Shown: piece by piece, positions 20,336 through 29,594 of the stretch
Layout of the letters: each line of letters starts with the position of its first letter
Position numbering within the stretch: the stretch's first letter is position 1
The notes under the pieces: model-generated
The model's input: only the letters and a program-made list of their open reading frames with translations
Database searches by the model: none
Told to the model about the DNA's origin: nothing
Program-made: the position numbers and the translations under genes
Origin: an uncultured Dehalococcoidia bacterium
Lineage (GTDB): Bacteria > Chloroflexota > Dehalococcoidia > SZUA-161
Reading direction: 5' to 3'
DNA: 64,000 nt
Assembly: GCA_964524995.1 (NCBI GenBank)
Contig: CAZGDV010000002.1
Coordinates: 1,787 to 65,786 of the forward strand

Positions 20336-22240
20336 TCAGATACCCAGCTTCTTGCGTTTGGCCTCGATGTGGGCCTCAATCCCATCGACAGCCTTCACAG
20401 CATCTGTCTCTACATCCAGCAGGCCTCCGGTCACATCCTTGCATTCCTGCGTCAGGAGCTTCACGAGATTCGGCGCGCCGGTTACCGTGGGCACGGGATT
20501 GACGTATGTATACAGGCCGAAGGCGAGAGCGAACACCGCGTCAATGGTCGCCTTCTGCTCCATGTACTCAGGAGCTACCGCGGCAACCGGCAGGTCGGTC
20601 ACCGGCATATCGCCCAGCGCGGCAGCGATCGCCGATAGCAGGTCGGCCACCCGCCCCGTGTCCGTGCATGTGCCGTAGCTAAGGACGGGCGGAACGCCGA
20701 GCGCCCTGCAGATCTTCTGGAGACCCGGCCCGGCGAGCCCCACGGCCTCAGGACTGCACAGCCCGGCGACCTGCATCGCCCCGTTTCCACATCCCATCGA
20801 CAGTACGAGGATATCCCGCTTGATCAGTTCCTTGGCCACTCGAACGCTGTGCACGTCCTGTCCTGTGTCCCTGAGCGTTGTGCAGGATACAAGAGCAGCT
20901 ACGCCCCGCAGCGTGCCGTCCTTAATAGCATCCAGCAACGGGTCCAGCCTACCACCCAAGGCATCGAGAATACTCTCCGTAGAGAAACCGACTACGGCCT
21001 CCTTCAGAGGCAGTTGCACGATGGGCTCCACGCTGGCCCTGCGCTCCTTGAAGTTGTCTATCGCCATCTGCAGCAGTTCGGCGGCTTGCTCCTCGGCCCT
21101 CTCCGGCAGGTAGTTGACGCGGTCTGTTACGCCCTCGAACGCCACGAGGTCACTGACGGGCACCAGCCTGAACTTGTACTTCTCGGCGTACATGGGATCG
21201 ATCGGCATCGAGCAGTTCATGTCGCATGCAAACAGGTCCACGCATCCGCTCGCGAGAACGGCCTCCTGCATGATCCAGTTGCCGGTGAACCCATAGAACG
21301 CGTCGTCCATCTCCCACCGCTGGATCATCTCCTGCCCCGTCTCGATGCTGGCGATGACCCTCAGGCCCTTCGCGCCGACCGCCTTGGCCTTCTCCTGCCA
21401 TTCCGGCCCACGGGCGAGTTGCACCATGGCGAAGCCGAGGAAGGGCTCGTGGCCATTCGGCAGGACGTTCACATAGTCGGGGTCCAGAACACCCAGATCC
21501 ACACGCATCCTGTGCGGTCTGGCAATGCCGAAGATGACATCCTGACAGTATTCATTAACGATCTGGCTCTGGTAAGCCATGGCGATTCCGAGACGCATGG
21601 CCTTGAGCGCCAGGCTCTGGTAGTATCCATCCACGTTGGTGAGACACGAACTCGTGACACGCATCATCTCACCGTAAATCCCGCCCGGGAAGATGTCCAG
21701 CTTCCCCCAAAGGCGCTTCCGCTCCTCCGGTGCCAGAGCTTCGACTATCAGGCTGGGCTCGTCGGCCTTCCGGTTGAAATCCGCCGAGACGAAGTCACAC
21801 AATCGCAGTGCAACGTCGTCCGGAGAGCCCGTCGTGTCTATACCCAGCCGCGCCGCGAAGTCCGTAAGTTTGCCGGGCTCTCTGATCTCAAACGGAGTCT
21901 GCCCCCGGGCGGTGGCCCGCAGTGTCTTCACCGTCTGCTCCGCGTGATAGTGATATGTGGAAGCGCCCAGCACGTTCCTGAGCAGCATCATCCTCATGGC
22001 CATGCCATCGGCCGTGATGCCGCAGACGCCGCGCTTGTCCTTCTCGGCGTCAGCACGGCATGGACCGTTCGAACACAGGTCGCATCTGGTGCCGGCCAGA
22101 CAGAACGGGCACCTCTTGTCGGGGTCTCCCCCCATGCCCTGAGCCTCGAACCTGTCCCAGACATTGGTGATGCCGTCGTTCTTGACTCTCTCGTAGACCT
22201 TCTGTACGGACTCATGCTGAGATATTCGTGTTCCTTCCAT
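20336..22240 (-). CDS. cooS: Anaerobic carbon-monoxide dehydrogenase catalytic subunit
   Basis: 634 aa. N-terminal CPFCLAGTRCDLCSNGPCR cluster motifs and conserved CooS blocks; AAAGGAGG SD. Confidence 0.92.
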   Translation of the reverse strand: MEGTRISQHESVQKVYERVKNDGITNVWDRFEAQGMGGDPDKRCPFCLAGTRCDLCSNGPCRADAEKDKRGVCGITADGMAMRMMLLRNVLGASTYHYHAEQTVKTLRATARGQTPFEIREPGKLTDFAARLGIDTTGSPDDVALRLCDFVSADFNRKADEPSLIVEALAPEERKRLWGKLDIFPGGIYGEMMRVTSSCLTNVDGYYQSLALKAMRLGIAMAYQSQIVNEYCQDVIFGIARPHRMRVDLGVLDPDYVNVLPNGHEPFLGFAMVQLARGPEWQEKAKAVGAKGLRVIASIETGQEMIQRWEMDDAFYGFTGNWIMQEAVLASGCVDLFACDMNCSMPIDPMYAEKYKFRLVPVSDLVAFEGVTDRVNYLPERAEEQAAELLQMAIDNFKERRASVEPIVQLPLKEAVVGFSTESILDALGGRLDPLLDAIKDGTLRGVAALVSCTTLRDTGQDVHSVRVAKELIKRDILVLSMGCGNGAMQVAGLCSPEAVGLAGPGLQKICRALGVPPVLSYGTCTDTGRVADLLSAIAAALGDMPVTDLPVAAVAPEYMEQKATIDAVFALAFGLYTYVNPVPTVTGAPNLVKLLTQECKDVTGGLLDVETDAVKAVDGIEAHIEAKRKKLGI

Positions 22241-22352
22241 AGCCCGGCCTCCTTTCAGAGCACTACGGTCATACCCGTGCTATCTTAATCGAGGTGCATT
22301 ACATAGTCACAAAACCACCCTGCGAAAGCTTACAAATGCCAAACATCGGGCT

Positions 22353-23072
22353 TCAGCCAAGCAACTCGCCTCTCGTCCCCACCGTTACCTCGCTCAGCGG
22401 GATATCCACGCCGCTCGCCGCAACGGCCCGTTTGGCCATCTCCACGAGCCCCGAGCAGCACGGCACCTCCATGTGCGCTACCGAGAGGCTGCGTATGTCG
22501 GACTGGCGCAATATCTGGGTCAGCCTGGCAAGATGGGCCCGGAAGTCATCCAGCTTGGGGCAGGCCACGAGCACCGCCCGGTCGTTCAAGAAATCACGAT
22601 GGAAGCCAGCGTACGCGAACGGCACGCAGTCTGCCACCAGGACCACGTCGGCCCCTCGCAGAAACGGCGCTCCCGGCGGCACGAGGGCAAGCTGCACCGG
22701 CCAATGCCCGAGCAACGACGGTTGGTGTGCCGCAGTCCCGCATTCGGCCATCTCAGGCCGCTCGAACTGGGCCACGGCAGCCCCCGGGCAGCCGCACGGC
22801 GCTTCCTGCCTCGGCTCGCTCAATTCGTGGAGCCGACGCTCGACCGTTGCCTCATCGAACTCCTCCGCCTCGCGTTCCTCGATGCTGATTGCGCCCTGGG
22901 GGCACTCGCCCAGGCAAGCGCCGAACCCGTCGCAGTAGACCTCGCCGACCAGCCTCGCCTTGCCATCGACGATCTGCAGCGCGCCCTCGGCACACGCGGG
23001 GACGCAGGCCCCGCAGCCATTGCACTTCTCCTCGTCGATCTTGACTATCTTCCTGATAACCCCGGTCGTCAT
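22353..23072 (-). CDS. 2x[4Fe-4S] ferredoxin-domain protein with conserved Cys-rich C-terminal domain
   Basis: CNGCGACVPACAEG and CDGFGACLGECPQG motifs. C-terminal WPVQLALVP...ADCVPFA...CPKLD...MEVPCCSGL blocks. ATG 23072 follows GGGAGGTG. Confidence 0.8.
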   Translation of the reverse strand: MTTGVIRKIVKIDEEKCNGCGACVPACAEGALQIVDGKARLVGEVYCDGFGACLGECPQGAISIEEREAEEFDEATVERRLHELSEPRQEAPCGCPGAAVAQFERPEMAECGTAAHQPSLLGHWPVQLALVPPGAPFLRGADVVLVADCVPFAYAGFHRDFLNDRAVLVACPKLDDFRAHLARLTQILRQSDIRSLSVAHMEVPCCSGLVEMAKRAVAASGVDIPLSEVTVGTRGELLG

Positions 23073-23090
23073 GTCACACCTCCCCACACG

Positions 23091-23912
23091 CTATGACCGG
23101 CGTTGTCCGTGTTCACTGGCAGCTGACGTTGCCTCTCCCGGAGGCCGGACCCGCAACGTGTATCGAATGCCGCTTGTGGGACAGGCATCTTTGCACCGGT
23201 TGCAGAGGTAGCACTCCTGCTTCGAGTCGGCATCACCAGCCTCGTTCGTAGGGCAGACCCGCTCGCACTTGCCACACTCCGTACACTCTTCGTTGCGCCT
23301 GAGCTTGAACCGGCTCCAGCCCGCGGCTATGGAGAGCAGCGCTCCATAGGGGCAAAGGAACCTGCAGAACGGCCTGTAGAAGAACGCTGATGTCACCGTC
23401 AGCCCGAGGAACACGTAGAAGAAGGCCGACGACGCCTCCAGATGGAAGAACTCCCTGATCCCCAAGTACCTGAGCATGCCGATAGAGAACCCCGAAGCCA
23501 GCACTAGGAAGGCCACCAGAACGAGTATTCGAATCGCGAACGGTCCACGCTTGTTCGACAGCCTCAGCTTCCTCACCGGCACGTGCGAAAGCAGCTCCTG
23601 CACCGCGCCAATCGGGCATACGTATCCGCAGAACGCCCTGCCGAAAGCAAAAGAAAGGACCACAAACACCACCAGAACTGCTATCGCCAAGGCGACCGGC
23701 ACGCCGAGCTGCGCTGCTTTCCCGAGCAGCACCGTCTGGAACTGGTACGGCAGCATGGGCGCGAACACCAGGAAACCTACAACCGTCGAGAGCCCCAGGA
23801 ACACATAGCCGATCCTGCGATCGAACCTGCCGGTACGCAGGAGGACGACTACGGCCAGCGTCGCCACGATTGCGTAGGCCATCCCCACGAACTTCGGAAT
23901 GCTCTCGATCAT
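23091..23912 (-). CDS. Membrane-integral polyferredoxin (NapH/MauN-like)
   Basis: 273 aa. About 6 TM segments with CGYVCPIGA and CRFLCPYGA motifs, plus a C-terminal CTECGKCERVCP / CYLCNRCKDACP pair. Confidence 0.8.
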   Translation of the reverse strand: MIESIPKFVGMAYAIVATLAVVVLLRTGRFDRRIGYVFLGLSTVVGFLVFAPMLPYQFQTVLLGKAAQLGVPVALAIAVLVVFVVLSFAFGRAFCGYVCPIGAVQELLSHVPVRKLRLSNKRGPFAIRILVLVAFLVLASGFSIGMLRYLGIREFFHLEASSAFFYVFLGLTVTSAFFYRPFCRFLCPYGALLSIAAGWSRFKLRRNEECTECGKCERVCPTNEAGDADSKQECYLCNRCKDACPTSGIRYTLRVRPPGEATSAASEHGQRRS

Positions 23913-23950
23913 CCGATATCACCTCGCAGATTCTGAGGCAGTCGGGCGCA

Positions 23951-24124
23951 TCACGGGAAGCAACCCAGCTGGCATCCTCTTATCCTTATGTCGAGTTCGT
24001 TCGCGGCGTCCCCGACCTGCCTGACGGGAACGCCCAGCTTCTCCGCAATTCGGAAAGCCACCACGCACGGCAGCTTGCCGTCAACCAGCGCCCCCCTGAT
24101 CTCGTCCTCCAGCCTTTTGTCCAA
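23951..24124 (-). CDS. Small hypothetical protein with C-terminal CQLGC motif
   Basis: 57 aa from TTG 24124 after GGAGGTG. KLPCVVAFRIAEKLGVPVRQVGDAANEL is HTH-like. The longer Arg-rich ORF prefix is rejected. Confidence 0.4.
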   Translation of the reverse strand: MDKRLEDEIRGALVDGKLPCVVAFRIAEKLGVPVRQVGDAANELDIRIRGCQLGCFP

Positions 24125-24143
24125 CTCGCACCTCCGTCTCGAT

Positions 24144-24380
24144 CTAGTCCTTACCGCAGCCTTGCAGCTCCCTCCACTTCTCCTCGCCGAGGCATTGTCG
24201 CGCCGACGAGCACCACTCCACGCAAGAAGGCGTCTTCTCCCTGTAGATCCACTCCCCGCACTCGCGGCATTTGACCCTCGTCTCATTGGAGAATATCTCT
24301 TCCTCCGTGCCGCAGCCCGGACACTTGTGCACCTCGACCTTCAACCACCTGAACTCCTGTCCCGGACACCTCATCCTCAT
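24144..24380 (-). CDS. Small Cys-rich zinc-ribbon protein
   Basis: 78 aa from ATG 24380 after GGAGGTGA. CPGCG...CRECG zinc ribbon plus further Cys residues. Confidence 0.5.
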   Translation of the reverse strand: MRMRCPGQEFRWLKVEVHKCPGCGTEEEIFSNETRVKCRECGEWIYREKTPSCVEWCSSARQCLGEEKWRELQGCGKD

Positions 24381-24505
24381 CTTGATCACCTCCTCAACCG
24401 GAGAGGGTAAGCACCAGTACATCCATGATGCACGCTCTGCGCCGCTATAGTCTATGATCTAGGTCATGTTTGGCGGGGCTTTGCAGAACGCGAGGGTCAT
24501 AAGGA

Positions 24506-24532
24506 GACGGCCTCCGCAAGGCGGAGGCCGTC
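24506..24532 (-). terminator. Strong hairpin downstream of gene 24585-24941
   Basis: Perfect 12-bp stem GACGGCCTCCGC-AAG-GCGGAGGCCGTC. Confidence 0.5.
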
Positions 24533-24584
24533 GAGGTCAGCACACGTTTCTTCCAGCTGCTGTCAGCCCGCCAGACAGGTCGCC

Positions 24585-24941
24585 TCAGTCGTAGACCTTG
24601 AGTTCGTAGTCGACCACTACGTTGGCGTCCACCCTGAAGCCCGTGACCACGAAGTCCCACTCCTCCCCCGGCCCCAGGTCGCCGGGGTGGTAGGCGTTGG
24701 ATGTGTAGACCAAAGTGCCGTTGCCGTCATACCACCTGACTTGGGCTATGGGCTCACTCATCACGTGATCGGTATCGTTCCGGGCTGTGCCTAAGACCAT
24801 GGGCAGATCGTCTTCCAGGTTCAGCGAGCTGTCCAGGATGGTCAGGTCCTGCATGCCGGTGAGCGCCAGGATGAGTATTACGAGGAACGCAACAATGATC
24901 ACGACCGTGATGCTGCCAACGAAGATGACTATCTTGCGCAT
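24585..24941 (-). CDS. Single-pass membrane protein with beta-rich ectodomain (FxLYD-like C-terminus)
   Basis: 118 aa from ATG 24941. N-terminal TM segment; the protein ends DYELKVYD. An extended -10 at 24976-24984 argues against the TTG 24971 start. Confidence 0.5.
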   Translation of the reverse strand: MRKIVIFVGSITVVIIVAFLVILILALTGMQDLTILDSSLNLEDDLPMVLGTARNDTDHVMSEPIAQVRWYDGNGTLVYTSNAYHPGDLGPGEEWDFVVTGFRVDANVVVDYELKVYD

Positions 24942-24975
24942 GAGCCCCCGAAGACCAGGAACCTGAGTCAACTGC

Positions 24976-24984
24976 AGTATACCA
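24976..24984 (-). promoter_or_regulatory. Extended -10 element TGGTATACT
   Basis: The reverse complement reads TGGTATACT, about 35 nt upstream of ATG 24941. Confidence 0.4.
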
Positions 24985-25116
24985 TGCCAGCCGCAGTTGG
25001 ACTAAGCTCGAAGGGTGTCAGAGAGTGGTAGGCCTGCCGGTAGCGTTGCTCCTGTCGCCCGGATCATGAGTGCACCTCTGGGGGAAAGGCACTGGTGAGC
25101 AGAGGATGTCGGTTCT

Positions 25117-25797
25117 CTAGAGTGGCGAGGTCTCCTCGCTCGCCGATCTCAGCTTCGCTTCGTCCAGGATCAAGGTCTTGCCGCGAGCAGAGGAGAGTAT
25201 CCCCTTCTCCTTGAAACCACTCATCACCCGGATGGCGGTCTCGATGGTGGTGCCGGCCATGTCGGCGATCTCCTGACGGGTGAACGGCAGCTCTGGCCCG
25301 AGCCTCGACGCCAGCATCAAGAGCAGGTTCCCTATGCGCTGCTCTACCCGCTCGTTGGCTATGTCCCTGAGCCGGTTCTGGGCATCCCGCAGCCTGCCGC
25401 TCAGGACGAGCATTATCCGCAGCGCAACATCGGGGCGCTCACCGAGAAGTCGGACGAAGTCCCCTCTCATGATAGAGAATACGGAGGTGGGCTCAACGGC
25501 CTGCGCCGAAGCCGGGTACGGTTTGCCGTCGAAAACGGCGACCTCGCCAAACATCTCCCCCGGCCCGACGAACGCCACGATGAACTCCTTCCCGGCCGAC
25601 GAGTGCTTGAGCACCTTCACCCTGCCTTCACATATTATGTAAAGTGCGTCAGCAGCGTCCCCTTCCCAGAACAGGTACTCCTCCGGCTCCAATGCGGTGA
25701 CCCGGACGATCCCTGCCAGCTCGCCCAGCTCTTCCTCGCTCAGACCCGAGAACAGCAGCGAGTCCCTGAGGGCCTCCGTCTTGCTCCTGGCGACCAA
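25117..25797 (-). CDS. Crp/Fnr-family transcriptional regulator
   Basis: 226 aa. cNMP-binding-like beta-roll (FGEVAVFDG) and a C-terminal HTH (TRQEIADMAGTTIETAIRVMS). TTG start. Confidence 0.85.
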   Translation of the reverse strand: MVARSKTEALRDSLLFSGLSEEELGELAGIVRVTALEPEEYLFWEGDAADALYIICEGRVKVLKHSSAGKEFIVAFVGPGEMFGEVAVFDGKPYPASAQAVEPTSVFSIMRGDFVRLLGERPDVALRIMLVLSGRLRDAQNRLRDIANERVEQRIGNLLLMLASRLGPELPFTRQEIADMAGTTIETAIRVMSGFKEKGILSSARGKTLILDEAKLRSASEETSPL

Positions 25798-25849
25798 CTC
25801 CCCTTCCCTTCCGGTTCGGCATTATAGCATACGCAGAACGCAGCACCGC

Positions 25850-25945
25850 CTGGACTCCTGACCGTCTGGACATTGGTATAGCTGAATGTCCAGACGTGTC
25901 GACTGCCAAACGTCTGACCATTCCAATGTCGCGACATCCAGGCGA
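25850..25945 (+). repeat. 8-bp-phased intergenic repeat cluster
   Basis: TCTGGACA TTGGTATA GCTGAATG TCCAGACG TGTCGACT GCCAAACG TCTGACCA TTCCAATG TCGCGACA TCCAGGCG. Confidence 0.6.
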
Positions 25946-26032
25946 GACCACGCCGGCTACTCGACTATGCTCATACTATCACAGGCGCATTGATGACTGG
26001 GAGTCTGGGACGGCGGGACTGCTCGACAGAGG

Positions 26033-26085
26033 TATGTTTGGCCATCCAGACCTTCAGGCGTCTGGCTGTCTCGACGCGTTGGTCC
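26033..26085 (+). repeat. 8-bp-phased intergenic repeat cluster
   Basis: CCATCCAG ACCTTCAG GCGTCTGG CTGTCTCG ACGCGTTG, just before the trkA stop. Confidence 0.5.
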
Positions 26086-26095
26086 GCCGGTCACC

Positions 26096-26788
26096 CTAAT
26101 CAGACTTCTGGTTCCCCTCCTGCTGCTTCCTGGCATCGGTCAGGAACTGCTCCAGTTTCTCGTCGCGGCCTGAGGCTACAAGGATATCGTTCTCCCGTAG
26201 CGTCTCGCTCAGAGCCGGAGCTACTATCACCTCCTTGCCGCGCTGTACGAGCAGTGCGGCAAGCTCCCATTTCCCCTCAGGCCCGAAGCCGAGTCCCTCC
26301 AGGGTCTTGCCCACGCAATACGGCGGCACCTTCATCTTGGCGACCCCGTACTTCTCCGCCACGGACATATAGTCCGATACATCCCGCAGTGTCAGTTCGT
26401 GCGCCACCTCTCTCCCCATCTCCCGCTCAGGATACACCACCCTGTCGGCACCGATTCTGCCGAGTATGACACCATGCAACTCGTCCTCAGCCCTCGCGAT
26501 GACGTACTTCACGCCAAGCATCTTGAGGAGAATGGTCGACAAGACACTGCTTTCGATTGCAGACCCCAACGCTACTATGGCCACGTCGAAATCCACTATA
26601 CCCAGTTCCCTCAACACCGCTTCGTCCGTGGCATCCGCCTGCACTGTGTGCGTTATCTTCGTCGCCATGGCCTGCACTCGCTTCTCGTCCGTATCCATCG
26701 CCAACACATCGTGTCCCAGCTTGCACAGCGTCTCGGCCAGGCTTGACCCGAATCTGCCCAGGCCAATGACCACCACCTGTTTCCTCAT
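26096..26788 (-). CDS. trkA: Trk/Ktr potassium uptake NAD-binding subunit
   Basis: 230 aa. VVIGLGRFGSSLA Rossmann motif and an RCK_C region. Confidence 0.88.
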   Translation of the reverse strand: MRKQVVVIGLGRFGSSLAETLCKLGHDVLAMDTDEKRVQAMATKITHTVQADATDEAVLRELGIVDFDVAIVALGSAIESSVLSTILLKMLGVKYVIARAEDELHGVILGRIGADRVVYPEREMGREVAHELTLRDVSDYMSVAEKYGVAKMKVPPYCVGKTLEGLGFGPEGKWELAALLVQRGKEVIVAPALSETLRENDILVASGRDEKLEQFLTDARKQQEGNQKSD

Positions 26789-26797
26789 CTCTGCCCC

Positions 26798-28237
26798 CTA
26801 TCCGATCCTTACGGTCTCGTGAGGATACCTGAAAGCGCTCGGCCGCTCCCGCTGTATCAGCGACAACGCCAGCGTGAGAGGCCCCAGCCTGCCCACGAAC
26901 ATGGTAACAACAATGACGATCTTCCCGGCTATCGACAGCTCCGGGGTAATACCTGTTGTCAGGCCCACGGTGCCGAATGCCGAGACCGTTTCGAAGAGCA
27001 GGTCAAGAAACTTGAACGGCTCCGTCATCGTCAGCACCAGCACAACCACCGTCACGAACGCCAACGACAGCATGACCACAGCAAGGGCCCTGTGCACCTG
27101 CTGCATGTCGAACTCACGCCCGAACGCCCCCGCGCGTTCCTTGCCCCTGATCGAACTCCATATCGTGGCAACGAGCATACCGAAGGTGTTGACCTTGATT
27201 CCACCAGCCGTCGAACCCGCCGCCCCACCAACGAACATCAGAAGTATCGTAAAGAACAGCGTGTAGTCAGCCACTTGCCTTATGTCAACCGTTGTGAAAC
27301 CTGCGGTCCTGGCAGTCACCGACTGGAAGAAGGCATCCAGGAAGCGCTGCGGGGTCGACACGGCACCGAGAGTCCCGTCGTTGCCGAACTCGGTGAGCAG
27401 GATCACGGCGAATCCTGCGGCGAGCATGGCCGCCGACGCAGTCAACACAATCTTGCTGTCCAGAGCCAGCCTCTTGAAGCGACGCACGTTGATCACATCA
27501 GAGACGACGATGAACCCTATGCCCCCTGCTATCACCAGGACAGCCGTCACCAGAACGACCAGAACATCGTCGCCGTAGTCGATCAGGCTTCTATAGTTGC
27601 CGAAGACATCAAACCCCGCATTGTTGAAAGCGGACACCGAATGAAACACCGATCGCCAGAGGGCCGTGCCGAAGGGGCCCTCTCCAGAGAAACGTATATA
27701 GAGAATCGCAGCGCCCGCGGCCTCAACGAGGACAGTGAACAAGGCTATCCTCTTCACCAAGCCGATCAGTCCCCCCATCCCACCCATCCCCACCGTTTTC
27801 CCGATGAGCAACTTCTCCTTGAGGCCGATCCTCCTGCCCAGAACGAGGAGGAGGAGGGTAGCACTCGTCATGAACCCGAAGCCGCCGATCTGGATCAAAA
27901 CGAGAATCACGCCCTGCCCGAAGGAACTCCAGTACGTACCGGTATCGACAACGACGAGTCCCGTCACACAAACAGCCGATGTTGCCGTGAAGAACGCGTC
28001 CACAATCGGACCGAAACCACCACCGGTGTTCGATATCGGCAGCCACAGCAGCAGCGTGCCTATCCCTATGACACCAGCGAAGCCGTAGATCAGAAGCAGC
28101 GGGGACAGGAGGGTCCCTTTGGGCCGTGGCACCAATTGAACGGGTACCGTCCACGGCCTCGTCCCCGTCCCGCGACGCGCCGCCCTACCCATCCACATCC
28201 TGAACATTACGTAGCGCCCACCATCGATCTCACTCAA
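26798..28237 (-). CDS. trkH: Trk/Ktr-type potassium transporter membrane subunit
   Basis: 479 aa polytopic protein with repeated pore-loop motifs (TATSAVCVTGL, SAFNNAGF, VTARTAGF, SAFGTVGLT). The exact start is uncertain. Confidence 0.88.
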   Translation of the reverse strand: MSEIDGGRYVMFRMWMGRAARRGTGTRPWTVPVQLVPRPKGTLLSPLLLIYGFAGVIGIGTLLLWLPISNTGGGFGPIVDAFFTATSAVCVTGLVVVDTGTYWSSFGQGVILVLIQIGGFGFMTSATLLLLVLGRRIGLKEKLLIGKTVGMGGMGGLIGLVKRIALFTVLVEAAGAAILYIRFSGEGPFGTALWRSVFHSVSAFNNAGFDVFGNYRSLIDYGDDVLVVLVTAVLVIAGGIGFIVVSDVINVRRFKRLALDSKIVLTASAAMLAAGFAVILLTEFGNDGTLGAVSTPQRFLDAFFQSVTARTAGFTTVDIRQVADYTLFFTILLMFVGGAAGSTAGGIKVNTFGMLVATIWSSIRGKERAGAFGREFDMQQVHRALAVVMLSLAFVTVVVLVLTMTEPFKFLDLLFETVSAFGTVGLTTGITPELSIAGKIVIVVTMFVGRLGPLTLALSLIQRERPSAFRYPHETVRIG

Positions 28238-28375
28238 ACTCCAGATGTGCCAGCAGCCACCGTTGCCATCCTGGATGGTTCTGGACTATTCTAATAGACT
28301 TTGCACCTTGTTGCGATGCGCCAACAGCCTCCCACACCCGCCCGGGTCCCCGCTGACGGCGGCCAAGGCGCTACA

Positions 28376-28465
28376 CGATTGTCAGCTGGACAGCCAGCTG
28401 TTCAAATGTCTAGCTGTCCAGCTACCCGATCTCTGTGCCTGCTGGCGACCAATGCAGTTGCCGAG
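28376..28465 (+). repeat. 8-bp-phased intergenic repeat cluster with internal inverted pair
   Basis: GTCAGCTG GACAGCCA GCTGTTCA AATGTCTA GCTGTCCA GCTACCCG... The pair GCTGGACAGC / GCTGTCCAGC is inverted. A weaker patch lies at 28240-28292. Confidence 0.6.
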
Positions 28466-28487
28466 TGCGCTGCGTTTCTCTATCATA

Positions 28488-29117
28488 ATGGCTATGGACT
28501 GGGAAGAGATCATCCCCATAATCACGGCGCTCCTGTTCACAGTCGGCCTGCCCATAGCCCTTCTGGCCCGCCGAAAGCGCGGCCCCAAACCGGCACAGGA
28601 CTTCCTCCTGCATCTCCAGGGCATCGGCGTGAAGGCACGCGCCCTGGAAGAGGGGGACGAACCGGATGCCATACAGCCGAAACGCTCGTGGGGGGAGAAG
28701 CTCGACACGCTGGCCAAGATCGAAGGCAGCAACATCGACTACGTGGCCATCACCAGCACGTCCAGCCAATACGGCACGAATCTCTACATCAACTACCTGG
28801 TCCGGGAGACAGGGGCACCGGGCCGCCCCGACCGGAAGAAGACCAAGATGGTGCGCAGGAAGAGCCCACCCATCTGGGGCAAGGTCGTCGATATCGAGTG
28901 GAAGGGCGACCCGCACCTCTCGCAACGCCTCAACTTCGACTATTCGCTCAAGTACAAGCTTCTCAACGAGGGCCTACCGACGCTCAAGGGAGACATCCAG
29001 ATCATCCCCGAGCACAAAGCGGGCCACACGAAGATCAAGACCAACTTCGAGCTCCCTTCACCGGAGCTGTTCCAGTGCCTTGACATAATAGCCAAGCACG
29101 TGAAGTCATGGACCTAG
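28488..29117 (+). CDS. Hypothetical N-terminally anchored protein
   Basis: 209 aa from ATG 28488. One N-terminal TM segment (IIPIITALLFTVGLPIALL). I recognise no family. The upstream ORF extension lies in the repeat region and is rejected. Confidence 0.5.
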   Translation: MAMDWEEIIPIITALLFTVGLPIALLARRKRGPKPAQDFLLHLQGIGVKARALEEGDEPDAIQPKRSWGEKLDTLAKIEGSNIDYVAITSTSSQYGTNLYINYLVRETGAPGRPDRKKTKMVRRKSPPIWGKVVDIEWKGDPHLSQRLNFDYSLKYKLLNEGLPTLKGDIQIIPEHKAGHTKIKTNFELPSPELFQCLDIIAKHVKSWT

Positions 29118-29148
29118 TTGGCCCATTCGCCAAGAAAGACGAGCAGAC

Positions 29149-29580
29149 ATGCTGAGTTGGGAAAAGAAGCTCTCCGAGATCGACAGCAACCAGGATAGCT
29201 GGCCGACCTGCTTCGCTTGCGGCCAGGATAACCCTATCGGCTTGAAGCTGGTGTTCGAGAAGAACGGCGACGAGGCGACCTGCGAGCTTGCCCTCACCGA
29301 TCACTACGAGGGATGGTACGGGGTCGTCCACGGCGGCATCGTGTGCACGGTCCTGGACGAGGCCATGGCGTACACCTACTTTCCCCAGACCAAGGGAGTA
29401 ACGGCCAAGGCGGAGTTCCGGTTCAGGCAGCCAGCTCCGACAGGAGTCCCCATGATCGTTACCGGCAGGCTGGTCAGGAGAACGAGGAAGCTGCTGACAA
29501 CCGAGGCCACGCTTGCCTTGAAGGACGGCACCGTGATCGCCGAGGCAACGGCCCAGGCCTATGTCGTGAATCCAAGGTAG
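29149..29580 (+). CDS. PaaI-family hotdog-fold thioesterase
   Basis: 143 aa. NPIGLKL...VVHGGIVCTVLDEAM motif. Confidence 0.85.
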   Translation: MLSWEKKLSEIDSNQDSWPTCFACGQDNPIGLKLVFEKNGDEATCELALTDHYEGWYGVVHGGIVCTVLDEAMAYTYFPQTKGVTAKAEFRFRQPAPTGVPMIVTGRLVRRTRKLLTTEATLALKDGTVIAEATAQAYVVNPR

Positions 29581-29594
29581 ACCCCTCAGGCCCC

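Noticed and set aside
22283-22304. Possible Crp/CooA-type site GTGCATTACATAGTCAC upstream of cooS.
   Set aside because: This is only a weak GTG-N11-CAC dyad. The half-sites do not match TGTGA/TCACA or any CooA site I can recall reliably, and it cannot be distinguished from chance.
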